A DNA stretch of 64,000 nt from Macrostomum lignano (taxonomy: Eukaryota), in the NCBI GenBank assembly GCA_002269645.1, contig NIVC01001528.1, positions 31,713 through 95,712 on the forward strand. The letters are read 5' to 3'. This document shows, piece after piece, positions 12,241 through 23,671 of this stretch (the first letter of the stretch is position 1; each line of letters opens with the position of its first letter). The notes beneath the pieces were generated by a model. It was not told the DNA's origin and searched no databases. It saw only the letters and a list, made by a program, of their open reading frames with translations. Made by a program: the position numbers and the translations under genes.

Positions 12241-12676
12241 CATGCTGCATGCCTGGGTGAACTCGAACTTGAGTCTGTCAGCTGACATGCATGCCTGGGT
12301 GAGCTCGAACTTGAGTCTGTCAGCTGACATGCATGCCTGGGTGAGCTCGAAATTGAGTCTGTCAGCTGACATGCATGCCTGGGTGAACTCGAACTTGAGT
12401 CTGTCAGCTGACATGCATGCCTGGGTGAACTCGAACTTGAGTCTGTCAGCTGACATGCATGCCTGGGTGAACTCGAACTTGAGTCTGTCAGCTGACATGC
12501 ATGCCTGGGTGAACTCGAACTTGAGTCTGTCAGCTGACATGCATGCCTGGGTGAACTCGAACTTGAGTCTGTCAGCTGACATGCATGCCTGGGTGAACTC
12601 GAACTTGAGTCTGTCAGCTGACATGCATGCCTGGGTGAACTCGAACTTGAGTCTGTCAGCTGACATGCATGCCTGG
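12241..12676. repeat. 42-bp minisatellite, about 10 near-identical copies
   Basis: Unit GCATGCCTGGGTGAACTCGAACTTGAGTCTGTCAGCTGACAT, containing the palindrome TGTCAGCTGACA. Confidence 0.95.
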
Positions 12677-12939
12677 TAAGACAAGTTTAGAAAGCGTAGA
12701 AAAAGCAGGAAAGAAGCTGAAAAGCAGCAATGCTTTTGTTTCAATAGACCATCTTCGTTGCTGATGAGAATCTGCTGCCTTTATTGCTCCAGCCCTTACT
12801 TCTAAATTCACGATTTAGAAGATTTAGGAGACTTGTTGCTGAGAGTTGTGGGGAACACTGTGCTTCCCAGTGACTGAAGCGAGCGATTCCCTGCGGCGTT
12901 GGGAACGTTCTGACAGTCTTGCGACTCTCCGCGGCTTCT

Positions 12940-13672
12940 CTCAGTCAGTCCTTAGGACTCTTAGCTGTAGTCAGGAAAAAGAAAAAAACATTTTTTCTAT
13001 TATTGACGCCAGTGAATCAACTTTATTCTTCTTCTACAGTAAAGAATACATTTAAAAAACTTAGTAGCTACTTTCAGTAGCAAAATAAGAGTCAGACGGG
13101 GTAGAAACTTTTATTGGTGCAATTTTTGTACTTACAGCATAGTTCACGAAGTGTAACAACCTGCTGTACAGGGGAGATTCTGCTGCACAGTTTTGGGGTC
13201 ATCGTGTGGTTGATGCACACAAATTATGTGCAGAGTGCAATTGTGTCTGAATCTGTTTGAATCAAGCATGCTTTTTACAATCAGTGTTGAATCAGTTCAG
13301 TTACAGTAGTCAACTAAGAACAGGTAAAGAACGCATTTACAAACTACTTTAAGTGCTTAAGTGCTAATTAATTAAGCGCTTTCTTAACAGATTTTACAGC
13401 TAAGTTGCAAATGTTAAAATTCTGCTGTTGAACTCTTTGTTATAGTTAGAGGCAAGGGGCCGTGTGCACCCTGGCGCACTTTAAGCGACATAGGCACACA
13501 ACCGACGAGAGGCATTACTGCCCATTCCGCCGACTCCCCTGAGCAGGCATACAAGCGTGCGGATACGCCCAGGCACACACTCACACAGGAGTGTACAGCG
13601 GCCCTAACTTTATATTATCGTTAGGCATGTACACTTCACTGCGCCTTGGGGGGTTGGCCCTCAAGGCCGTTA
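12940..13672 (+). mobile_element. Decayed DNA-transposon 3' end, piggyBac-like (copy B)
   Basis: Remnant CAECNCV*ICLNQACF resembles the piggyBac C-terminal Cys-rich domain. Ends GGCCCTCAAGGCCG followed by TTAA. Homologous to 4395-5060. Confidence 0.45.
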
Positions 13673-13719
13673 ATTGCACGAGCAGAGCCAAGCCGAGATT
13701 CCAACTTGGCCCAAGATGA

Positions 13720-13799
13720 ATGTGACTGCACTTGGAATCGAGCCTGGTCCGCTGGCACGCGAGAGCGGCCGTGATAGACCACTTAGGCTACGGTCCCCC
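13720..13799 (-). mobile_element. tRNA-derived SINE head
   Basis: The minus strand has an A-box-like TAGCCTAAGTGG and a B-box-like GGCTCGATTCC at tRNA-like spacing, but no convincing acceptor stem. Confidence 0.35.
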
Positions 13800-14675
13800 G
13801 CTTTCTGAACTCGCTTTAGATTTGGTACGAGCGTAATTTCATGCTTTGTTTCTCTGAAAGAATTCCCACCCCCCCCCCTATTGACTCAAGACCGTGACGG
13901 ATTTGAGCCGTGTGGTGCTTCATCCATCAGGCATCCAGAAAAAATCCGATCAATGATGCACGCCATTCGCTTTCTCTGAAAAAAACGCTCGACTCCCTAC
14001 CCAGCTTAAAAGAACAATGCCTGGTCACGTGTTCATTTTGCAAGGAGACGAATTGTTTTCCAGCTCTGCAAATCTTCTGAGCAGCTCACGCTCATCCTTT
14101 TTAATTCACGCTGAGAGGCCGTGAGAGATGTTTTTCACGCTATGTGGAGCAGGTTGGATCTGGTAAACACTGGGAAACTTTCTTGGGAAAATGGGATCGA
14201 AACAGTTGATTCGTGACTGGGAGACGGGGGGGATCTGCCACGTGACGAAATAGGAACTGCCAAACTGGGTAGAACGTTTTCACCTTGCATTGAACGACGC
14301 TGTAAAGAAACTTTCAATTATACTTCAAGCATTCACTACAACGAAAGCTCTACTACTCTCAGGCAGGTTCGGTGACACAGGCTTAATTGATGCTCTGCTC
14401 ACAAGATAGAAGCCCGAGGGACAGAGTTTCTTGCCCCAAAAAGTTTGTGTAAACTCGGCATCGATCATTGCCTTTCCTCTTCTTTTTTCTGATCCAACTT
14501 TTTTAAAGCCGCGTTTTGTTGACACACGTTGCCGTGACAGCAGCGGCAACAGAGTGAGACTGGGGCTCATGATCTAACAAATAGTCTCATGGGCCAATGA
14601 GACTCGAGTCTTCTAAAGTTGCAAGAGAATATATGGGGGGACTTCACGATCACGGACTGAAGGCTTGAATTCATT

Positions 14676-15515
14676 AGCTATTGCACTCGATTGGTGCCTT
14701 AGCTGCAGGCATTTGCACTCCATTGGTGCCTAAGCTACAGGCTATTGCACTCGATTGGTGTCTAAGCTGCAGGCTATTGCACTCCATTGGTGTCTAAGCT
14801 GCAGACTATTGCACTCCATTGGTGCCTAAGCTACAGGCTATTGCACTCGATTGGTGTCTAAGCTGCAGGCTATTGCACTCCATTGGTGTCTAAGCTGCAG
14901 ACTATTGCACTCGATTGGTGTCTAAGCTACAGACTATTGCACTCCATTGGTGTCTAAGCTACAGACTATTGCACTCCATTGGTGTCTAAGCTGCAGACTA
15001 TTGCACTCCATTGGTGTCTAAGCTGCAGACTATTGCACTCCATTGGTGTCTAAGCTACAGACTATTGCACTCCATTGGTGTCTAAGCTGCAGACTATTGC
15101 ACTCCATTGGTGTCTAAGCTGCAGACTATTGCACTCCATTGGTGTCTAAGCTGCAGACTATTGCACTCCATTGGTGTCTAAGCTGCAGACTATTGCACTC
15201 CATTGGTGTCTAAGCTGCAGACTATTGCACTCCATTGGTGTCTAAGCTGCAGACTATTGCACTCCATTGGTGTCTAAGCTGCAGACTATTGCACTCCATT
15301 GGTGTCTAAGCTGCAGACTATTGCACTCCATTGGTGTCTAAGCTGCAGACTATTGCACTCCATTGGTGCCTAAGCTGCAGACTATTGCACTCCATTGGTG
15401 CCTAAGCTGCAGACTATTGCACTCCATTGGTGTCTAAGCTGCAGACTATTGCACTCCATTGGTGCCTAAGCTGCAGGCAGGCTATTGCAATCCATTGGTG
15501 CCTAAGCTGCAGGCT
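14676..15515. repeat. 32-bp minisatellite (GCTGCAGACTATTGCACTCCATTGGTGTCTAA), about 26 copies, abutting the copy-3 ATG
   Basis: Direct array. The last partial unit GCTGCAGGCT runs straight into ATG 15516. Confidence 0.95.
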
Positions 15516-18500
15516 ATGCAGCTGACGCACCAGAAACTGCTGGCAGCTCTGCTGTCACTTGGCAGCCTGCTGGTATCGGCACAGCTGGCAGTCAAGTCCG
15601 TCAGCTACATCGGCTGCTTCGTTGACCTCAACGACAGCTCCAGGGACTTGACGGGTCTGTCGGGCATCACCCGGATTGGCCCCTTCAGCCAGATCAACCC
15701 CGCGGGGAGCCACCTGTTCCGCTTTGACATGACCATCGGCAGGTGCGTCAGGCTGTGCTCGCTCGGCCGGTTCAGGTACCTCGGCCTGCAGGCCACCGGC
15801 TTCTGCAGCTGCAGTCGGAGCCACGGCTCCCACGGGCCGGCCTCCGAGACCGAATGCAACCGGAACTGCACGGGCCATGCCAGACAAATCTGCGGCGGTC
15901 TGCTCAGGAATTCGATTTACGAACTGGCTTATGAAGACGGTGAGCGAGCGATCGACTCTGGATTGTTGAGCACAATTAAAAGCGAATCTTGAACAGCTAA
16001 TTTCTACCACTAAGGATTAAATTGCTTGCTCCCAGGGACAGTTGGTTCGGAAGACTCTACAATCATGGGCAGCTGTTTAGATTGAAGCCCCATTGAAACG
16101 CACTAAATTTCCTACACTTCAAATTTGTGCTCAGCGAACAATGCTAGGAATTCCCATTGTGAAACAAACACGTCCTGCGACTTTATAAATCAATGTTAAA
16201 TCAAGTGTAAACTTCAAACTGTAAACTATAAAATAAATAGAGTTTAGTATTTGTCAGTGAGAGTCAAAATAAACAATCAATATGGATAAAATTGTTTTTG
16301 ACAATCTAAATGATAATTTGGACACTCAACATGAGACACGCATACAGCGAGCTGCAACAACTTGCTGGCAAACTCGTATTGGCCATGGAGTCCGTGGACA
16401 ATCTAATCGATGAAAAGCCGTTCTAAATGAGAATTCGGACATTCAAAATAATAAAATGCCATTCTAAGTGATAATTTAAGCTGCCAAATGTTTTCAGCAA
16501 TTTTTTGGATTTTTAACTGATTAACGGAACAAGAACTCAACAAAAAGTCAATCTAGAGTGATTAAAAGGCAGAAGAACTAAAAACAAAGGATGGCAGCAT
16601 TGGCAGCTGCAGTACCCTTGCTGCCTCTTTGATGGAGTGCCCCGCGTTAATGGCATCGATCAGGCGACGGCGATCTGCTTCACTTGTTTGAGGCGGCATT
16701 CTGCTGCTGATGTGTGTACGTTTTGCTGCTGCTGCCGGTGCGCGCGATGAGAGAAATTCTCATTTAGAATGGTTGGTTATTCGTAAGTGAGACTTTAGGA
16801 TAATAGTCCGGCTCATGAGTGCGCGCAGCGCACGAGTGAGCATAGGACTATTATCCTAAAGTCTCACTTACGAATAGCCGCATTGTCGAATTTCAGTGGG
16901 GCCATAGACAAAAAGGGCATCGAAAGGAGAGAGGGGTTACCGAGGAGAGAGAGACATAAAGACTGAGGTGGTTTACTGGAGTTTGGGCCATAGACAACGA
17001 GGTTGCAAACAGGCTGGGGGTTAAGAGGGTGGAAAGGAAGGAGATGTGGAGAGAAAGAGAGAATAAAACGTAAATAGCTACATTCGCTTGGCCATGGAGA
17101 ACCAGACGTCATATCCGATCAACTGGGGCAATCTGCCTGTCGAAAGTTTAGCCAACGTATCTAGCAGCGAACTCAATTGGATCTCAAGACTTTCCACATC
17201 TCAGAAGGACATGAAGGATAACGAAGACTTTTTGAACTTCTTGCACTTTCTTGAGACCTGGAATCGGCTGGGCATTCGATGAGCGAGATCATGGCTATCA
17301 CGGGTCAAAAGTCCGAGAGCACGGTCCGGCGCTACCTGGCAGTTAAACGGGACAAGTCCCTGCAACAATGCAGCGATGCAGTGTCGCGTGCGTTGAACAT
17401 GGGACAAAGCGCCGCGACCCACGGTCAAGTAACAATGCCTGCTGACATCAGCATCCAAAGTTCCATCGTGCAAGAAGCAGTGAGCGTGTCTGATGGTCGT
17501 CAGATGAACGGTCGGAATATCTTTATTATGAACAACTGCACTTTCAACAATTGCAATCTGTAATGGTCTTCGGCACTATGACAATTGCGCCATATTGATA
17601 CTGCACAATTAACTTTCCATAGCGCTAATCTTTTGTTGTTGGTGCTTGCTGTTTTGTTCTAAAAATAGGTGTCCATTATCCCGAGTTTGAAATCATCATC
17701 CTGAAGTTTAAGTGAAAAAATAAATAAATGTGCTCACGGTTTAACCATAGACGATTGCATTATCCTAAAGGCTGATTTTTGACAATGGCTTTTTATCGAT
17801 TAGATTGTCCACAGACTCTGTCCACGGAGCGAGCTGCCGCAGCCATAGAGCAGCCATAGAGTGTTTCTCGTTTGAATGTCCAAATTATCATCTAGATTGT
17901 TAAAAACAATGGTGCACCACCCAGAAACTCCTCATATGGGCATCGAATAGAGCAAAACTCGTGCCATGCGCATGTTACGAAACTTTGAATTGACCCAGGT
18001 GCCTTCCACATCTGGTGACTTTGGTTCAGACCACAGACTAATGTCACATCAAAGCCACGTCAGCCATATCTTCTCTTGGGCTCAGATCATAGACTATACT
18101 CAAGAAGAACTCTTAGAATTGTTTGCTGAGCCAAGGACCCGCCCTCGGCCTGATAAAAACGCATCCTCGGACTTTCTTTTCCATAGAACGATTTATTATC
18201 GCGTGTAATACTATACTCATGGTTCAAATCATGGGTTTCAACCATAGACAGTCTCCGCAGACCGCGAAATCGCCACGAAAAGACTGCTGAAATTACAGTC
18301 ATTGTCTTTTAATTCTGACAGCGGGCCCCAATTCTGCAGTCGGGCATCTGTGGCGATTTCAGTTCGTATCGTATTTTTGGTAGCCGTTCTCCACTTCAAT
18401 TGCAATCCTCTTGGTTACAGAGCAGAATTTAAAAATCCAAGCCATAATAGACTCGAAGCAGCTGCGATTTGCATTTGTCGATCTGTCTCACAATGCATTC

Positions 18501-19084
18501 CTTCGGAGCTTATGTTTTTAACTCTTCTTTTTCTTCTCTTCTCTTGTTTCTCTTATTTACAGTCTCGAAAATTTGTCTATGGTCTGAATGTACAGAGAGT
18601 ACAAAGAATGGACAGACGCTCTGCCCCCACAGCCCCGCTAGCAGCGGTAAATATCTATGGTAAAATATATGGAACCTCCCATTTCTGCCCACACAGAGGG
18701 GTAACATGGGCATGAACAAAAAGTTCTTCAAGTAAACTACTGTATTTCTTAGGATGCATATTGCTGAGAAATTACTTGCAGTTTTATGGTATCCCGAATT
18801 GTCGTCAACAATAAAACAAAGCCTCTGGTATTTCAGCAACTGGCGGCTTCAAGACGCTGCCAGCAGCATCGCAGCCTCTGGTGTCTGACCCAGGATTCAG
18901 TGTCAGCACTCACTGGAGTCTGCCCGCCTCCGTGTCGCTCGAGTGCCTCGCCGCCTGCCACCGCAGCTCGGACTGCCTCGCCTGCGCCTTCGTGCAGTCC
19001 AGCCGGATGTGCCGCCTCATGAGATTCGCCGCTGTGCCCAGCGAGGTCGCCAGCGAGGCCCAGTGGGTCTGGGTGAAGCTGTGA
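15516..19084 (+). CDS. WSC-PAN family copy 3 (223 aa), with a transposon-expanded 2.9-kb intron
   Basis: Exons 15516-15939 and 18837-19084, donor G|GTGAGC, acceptor TTTCAG|, phase 1, frames compatible. Signal peptide + WSC + PAN. Confidence 0.8.
16290..17912 (-). mobile_element. Element bounded by about 130-bp inverted repeats, containing a Tc1/mariner-like HTH fragment
   Basis: 16290-16420 and 17780-17912 are diverged inverted copies (ACAATCTA(A/G)ATGATAATTTGGACA..GTGGACAATCTAATCGAT). The minus strand at about 16590-16710 reads MPPQTSEADRRRLIDAINAGHSIKEAARVLQL. Confidence 0.45.
16778..17770 (+). mobile_element. Internally deleted Crypton-like tyrosine-recombinase element
   Basis: Frame LESAGHSMSEIMAITGQKSESTVRRYL..NNCTFNNCNL resembles YR box II plus a Crypton-type tail. 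32-bp perfect palindrome arms at 16778-16809 / 16845-16876. Direct repeat ATTATCCTAAAG at 16850 and 17759. Confidence 0.55.
18241..18583. mobile_element. Possible MITE with short ACCATAGACA / TGTCTATGGT inverted termini
   Basis: 10-bp inverted termini. The same CCATAGAC motif also recurs near 16901, 16989 and 17744. Confidence 0.3.
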
Positions 19085-19770
19085 TCCTTGACTGAGCCGT
19101 CATTTAACAAAAATTCCCAAATTAATTCACTGTTCTGCAATAGAATTAAACCCGTGCCAGTGCCCTGATGGGGAAAATTGTCACAATTAGCGCATGTAAG
19201 TGTGGCTACTACGAGTAGCAGAGAAGCGTAAAACTTCGATTTTTTGCACCAAACGAGCTATAAAATTGGAATCGGTTCGAAAATCTTTTATAGAAACAAA
19301 AAACTACAGTTGATCCACTCAAGCACGGGAGCTCAGTGTCTCGGTTTTTATGTTCCCATAAAATTAAAGTTCTCATCGGATTAGCTACGGAGGAAGGCAC
19401 AAATGCGTCTCTTCTATTTTACAGTTGCTATTAGCAACTGAAAATCTGTATAAAAAGACAAAAGATGCAGGCGCTCCTGCCAGTCTCGTACGGTGGTAAC
19501 AATGGCAAGCCATGCATCCGGGGCTCTTTTTGTTGAGTAGCAGTGAAACATGGATCGTGTGACTTCAATGCAGGAAAAATCTGCAGAAATATTCAATCGG
19601 AGTGCGAATCGATATCCGGTGCGCTAAACGGCTCAAGCCATTATTGCAGAGCACGTCTGACACAATGAGGCCGCCATCAATGGCTACAGGTGGAACCGGA
19701 GACCGGAAAGGCTGCAGTTTCAGCCTATTGCGGTTGTGGATTCCCTCAGACTCTCAGGGGTTCGGTTGAC

Positions 19771-19778
19771 TATATAAG
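19771..19778 (+). promoter_or_regulatory. TATA box upstream of WSC-PAN copy 4
   Basis: TATATAAG lies 70 bp upstream of ATG 19841. Confidence 0.45.
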
Positions 19779-19840
19779 TAACTCCTGACAGCCCTCAACT
19801 CGGAGCAGCTCGCCCACTGGCCCCGGGCCCAGGCTCCAGG

Positions 19841-20938
19841 ATGTTGCCTCTCTTGCTGCTCCTAGTACCAGCAGCCCTGAGCACAATGGTGAATGCTCAA
19901 GCAACAATTAGCCACTCAAACTATATCGGTTGCTATGTGGACGGGGACGACACCAGCCGAGACTTGACCGGCATGGCGCCGTTTTCCACCTTCGCGTCCA
20001 CGAGCGTCGGGTCCGGCATTCTGTACAGGCCGGACATGACCGTGTCCATGTGCGGCAGGATTTGCGCTCTTGGCAGATTTCGCTACTTCGCTCTACAGGC
20101 CACCGCCTTTTGCAGCTGCGATTCAACCTACGGCAGCCACGGATCCGCAGCCGAAGCCGACTGCTACCAGGACTGCGCTGGCAACGCGTCGGAGAAGTGT
20201 GGTGGACCCTACAGGAATTCCATCTACGAGAATGTCTACCAGCCTGGTACGAGCCCGCGTCTAGGAGGCTTTAAAGCCTTCTTTAAAGAAAACTAAAGCC
20301 TTAGCTGTTCTTTGTTGCGTAGCCACCTGAATAGCTAAAATCCCTCTGGGAAATCTTGAGAGGTCTAACTATGGCTGAAGAACTAAGTTCCATGAATATA
20401 TTCAGAACAGAGTCGTGAACAAGGACTACATGTACTAAAGTAGAAGGACGCAACACTCGAAGTTCAGAAGCTCAGTGTCGTCTATGTTAGCCAAAGCTTA
20501 GGGACGACTGGTCATGTACTCTGGAGGCAGTGCAAGACTGCGAAATACCGGTACGAGCACAGAAGAGACTCTAGATGATGCGCGAACGTATCGTATTTGT
20601 AGAAAGAGCCTTTTTATTTAAGACTAGAACGCCATGGTTAAAAGGTCCTCACTCCCCTACCCCGCAATTCTTCACTTACAGTCGGTTCAAAGTTCACCAA
20701 GGCCGCCTCGAGCTCCAACAGCATCGTGAAAAACGCGGGCCAGTCAATCCTGACCCACTGGAACGACACCTCGCCATCAGCCAACAGCCAAATTAAATGT
20801 GCGGCCACCTGCCAGCGCAACCCAACCTGCCTCGGCTACACCTTCGGGCAGTCCAGCCGAATCTGCTGGTTGACGACCTTCGCCTTGGCGCCCCCGATCG
20901 TCGCTGGCGAGTCGGCCTGGATCTGGATGAGGAACTGA
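19841..20938 (+). CDS. WSC-PAN family copy 4 (220 aa), with a divergent PAN domain
   Basis: Exons 19841-20246 and 20682-20938, phase-1 GT-AG intron. Signal MLPLLLLLVPAALS, WSC motifs, PAN-like KCAATCQRNPTCLGYTFGQSSRICWL. Confidence 0.85.
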
Positions 20939-21199
20939 AGCTGGAAACCAGCAACTTCAAGCGAAGCGATCACTCGACTGCGACACAGACAAGTTTTTGA
21001 ATAGCAACGCAATGAGCAAAAATAAACAAAAATATTTTTTCTTGCAACCTACTTTTTATGCATTCTGGAGTTCTCTTTTCTTAGAAAGACTTTCTCAAAA
21101 CGAAAAAAACCTACTAAAACTACCAGAGCCACAAATAAAAAAAACGGTGACTCATCGATCCATAACTTGACGTTTCGAACGTTACAACAACAAAAAAAA

Positions 21200-21660
21200 A
21201 ATACGCAACTCAGAAAAGTAAAGTCATGCTGTCAACGTGCGTCAAATAGAGAGCCGCAACGCGGTGTCGGGCGCCCCGGCGTTGCACAGCAGGAAGTCCA
21301 CATGTATCGAAAGGTTCGCCTGGCCCTCCTAAATGGGCCCCGTGAAGTATATAAGCAGCAGGATGGGCAGCAGCTCTCGGTCCGGATCTCGTGGCCCGCC
21401 GGCGCAGGATGGTGGACGGGCGTGGTAGCTGGGCCCTCAGGCGCAGGTCTTGGTCCCGACTCTCTCGTCAGCTCGAAAGGCGGCACGGAGCAGCTCCGAG
21501 CGCGCTGAGTCCAGCTGCCGTTCCAGAGTGGCCATCGGCGTTCACGTCTCGGCGTTGTACAGCAGGACGGTTTCTACCACCGTTTGTCACAGCCGTCGAG
21601 CCCTCTGGCAGTCGGGCAGAGCATCGGACTGAAGGACAGCCCGGATGGATGGGTACCCTG
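21200..21660 (-). pseudogene. RTE-clade LINE 3' fragment
   Basis: The minus strand reads TVVETVLLYNAETWTPMATLERQLDSARSELLRAAF, matching the VLLYGxETW motif after RT in RTE-type LINEs. Contains stops. Confidence 0.6.
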
Positions 21661-22843
21661 CCAGGGGCGAGCCCTTAAGTCTAGAACGTACGAAAAGGTT
21701 GTTATGAAGTCGTTACGTCGTTACCACGTTACGAAAAAGTCGTGTATCGAAACTTTTAGACGTTTCCTACGGCTGTTTGTTCCATTTAGTGTTAGCTTTC
21801 CAGCCCTTTGGAAAACGGTCTCGACCACCACCGAAAAAATTCATTGTATTTCAGTCACTTAGGGTCACACGGACTTTCACGCACAATGGCCCCGTGCGCT
21901 GCCGTAGATCGCCGTAAACATCGGAGACCAGCTAGACCAGCGAGGCACATGAACCGCTGACATCGTAGAAGTTCAGTCACGATGGTTTCCTGGATGCTGA
22001 CAATTAGGCCAACGCATATACAGCAGCAGACTTAACCCCAACCGAAGTCGTTTTAGAAAGTTTTTTAAAATCCTTAGAAATGACCCAAAACAGTAAATTT
22101 GAGCTCCGATAAGCATCTAATTTACGGGGACCCAAGCGCAAAGACTTCTAAAAGTTTAAAACGACCTTCTATTGATATCCCTGGAAGAACCTTGAAGCTT
22201 TTTTCGAAAAAGCATTCGCTGCGGTTGATTGAAAAAAATTGCTTTTGTTCTGAAACTCCATTTTTCAAGCAGAAATTTGCTATAAAAAAGTCAATAGGCT
22301 CAGTAAACGGTGCAACCAACAACGGAAGTAGGGAGCCGGTACATTAGTTTCATTTTTTTCTACTAACAACCTCTGCTGTCTGCACCCAACTATGGGATTG
22401 ATGTTGGTCGTATCGGCTATAGGGAGGCGCAGAGCTGGGGAACTCGGCAGCCCGGCCCTTCAGTTGCTGTAGGGCGCTGTTGAGGCGCTGCCAGATTACA
22501 AGCACGAGCGTATTACCCAATCAGCAGAGACTAGAAATCCCTAAATTCTCCTCTTAACAAAAGACTTGAAAAATGCTTATGCTCGTAAGTTCTGGCTTAG
22601 CCTTTAGAACAGGCGGGAAAGGCAGGCAACAGCAGCCTGAGGCGTCAGCGCAGGGTAAGCGTCCTTAGTACTCAACACACGCGCTACATGTACCCATAGC
22701 ATGTGCATTGTGCATTTACATGTAATTTATGATGGCAAACACTCCGCACTGCAGTTAGTATGTGCGTTAAATGAAGCACGTCTTTTGAAGGAGTTATTGT
22801 TGGAGTTGAAATACAAAAAAATCAGGAAGACCGAATATAATGC

Positions 22844-23671
22844 TGAAGTACTTATGGTTGTCTCGGGGTTGTCTCGAGGTGGCCTGGTAGGTCTTTGAAT
22901 CACACCGCTGCCACCAATGAAGTACTTATGGTTGTCTTGGGGTTGTCTCGCACAGTGATTTGGGCTCTCCGTCTTCTCAACCGGAAGCCTTCTATTAGCT
23001 CTTAGTAGCGTAGGTATAGTGCTGCCACCAGTTCCTTCACGTCTCGGCCTTCGATGAGGTGAGCTTCCCGTCGGAACGAAATAACGAAGTCAACGAACAC
23101 AGCACCGGGTGCAGATTTGCAGCTCAACGTATCAAGCGTCTCGTCAGCAGCACCTGCCGGGCTTGGTTGGTACAGGGAGGGCTGAGTTAGCCTCTCGTAG
23201 GCTTGGGGTTTGCTTTAGTAGGGTTTCAGACAGACCAATAGCAGAGAACTCAAAGTACGCAGACGTGCGGTCAGTACAGACACTCGGGCTCGGAAGCTTA
23301 GAACTCGAGAAACAAGAAACTCAGTCAGAAAACTGGAAGCTCCTTGACGGAAACAAGGGGGTGTCCTATTTATAGCCGGGATTCTCCCGCGCACAAGACC
23401 TCGTGACTTGTTCTATTTTTCAAACTGACGTCACTTGAGGTCTCGAGGCAGGGTCCTAGCGCACGCAAGACCTCGTGACTCGTTCTATTTTTAGAACTGA
23501 CGTCACTTGAGGTCTCCGGCCAGAGTACACGCAGCTGTGACTCAGTTGCTATTTTTAGCAACATGAGTCACTCCTCTCCTTAGAGAAGGGAGGGGTCCGA
23601 AAGCACGTGATTCTCCCGGTAAACAGGACCAGCGAGTGCAGTAAACATGTTGTCATGAATGTGTTATGACA
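22844..23671 (-). mobile_element. LTR-like sequence with primer-binding-site-like motif (deleted LTR retrotransposon)
   Basis: Minus strand TGTCATAAC (23671) ... TACTTCA (22918), then TGGTGGCAGCGG (PBS-like). TATA-like CTATAAATAGG near 23366-23376. The last 33 bp of the LTR are repeated at 22844-22876. Confidence 0.45.

Noticed and set aside
12106-12744. 212-aa and 177-aa periodic ORFs
   Set aside because: The 14-aa period equals the 42-bp repeat, and both strands are open.
13720-13799. Possible tRNA genes (also about 11860-11925 and 48395-48455)
   Set aside because: A/B-box-like motifs are present but I could not fold a full cloverleaf with an acceptor stem. More likely SINE heads.
14676-15515. 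CRISPR-like appearance of the 30-42 bp repeats (here and elsewhere in the window)
   Set aside because: The units are head-to-tail with no unique spacers, there are no cas genes, and the DNA is eukaryotic.
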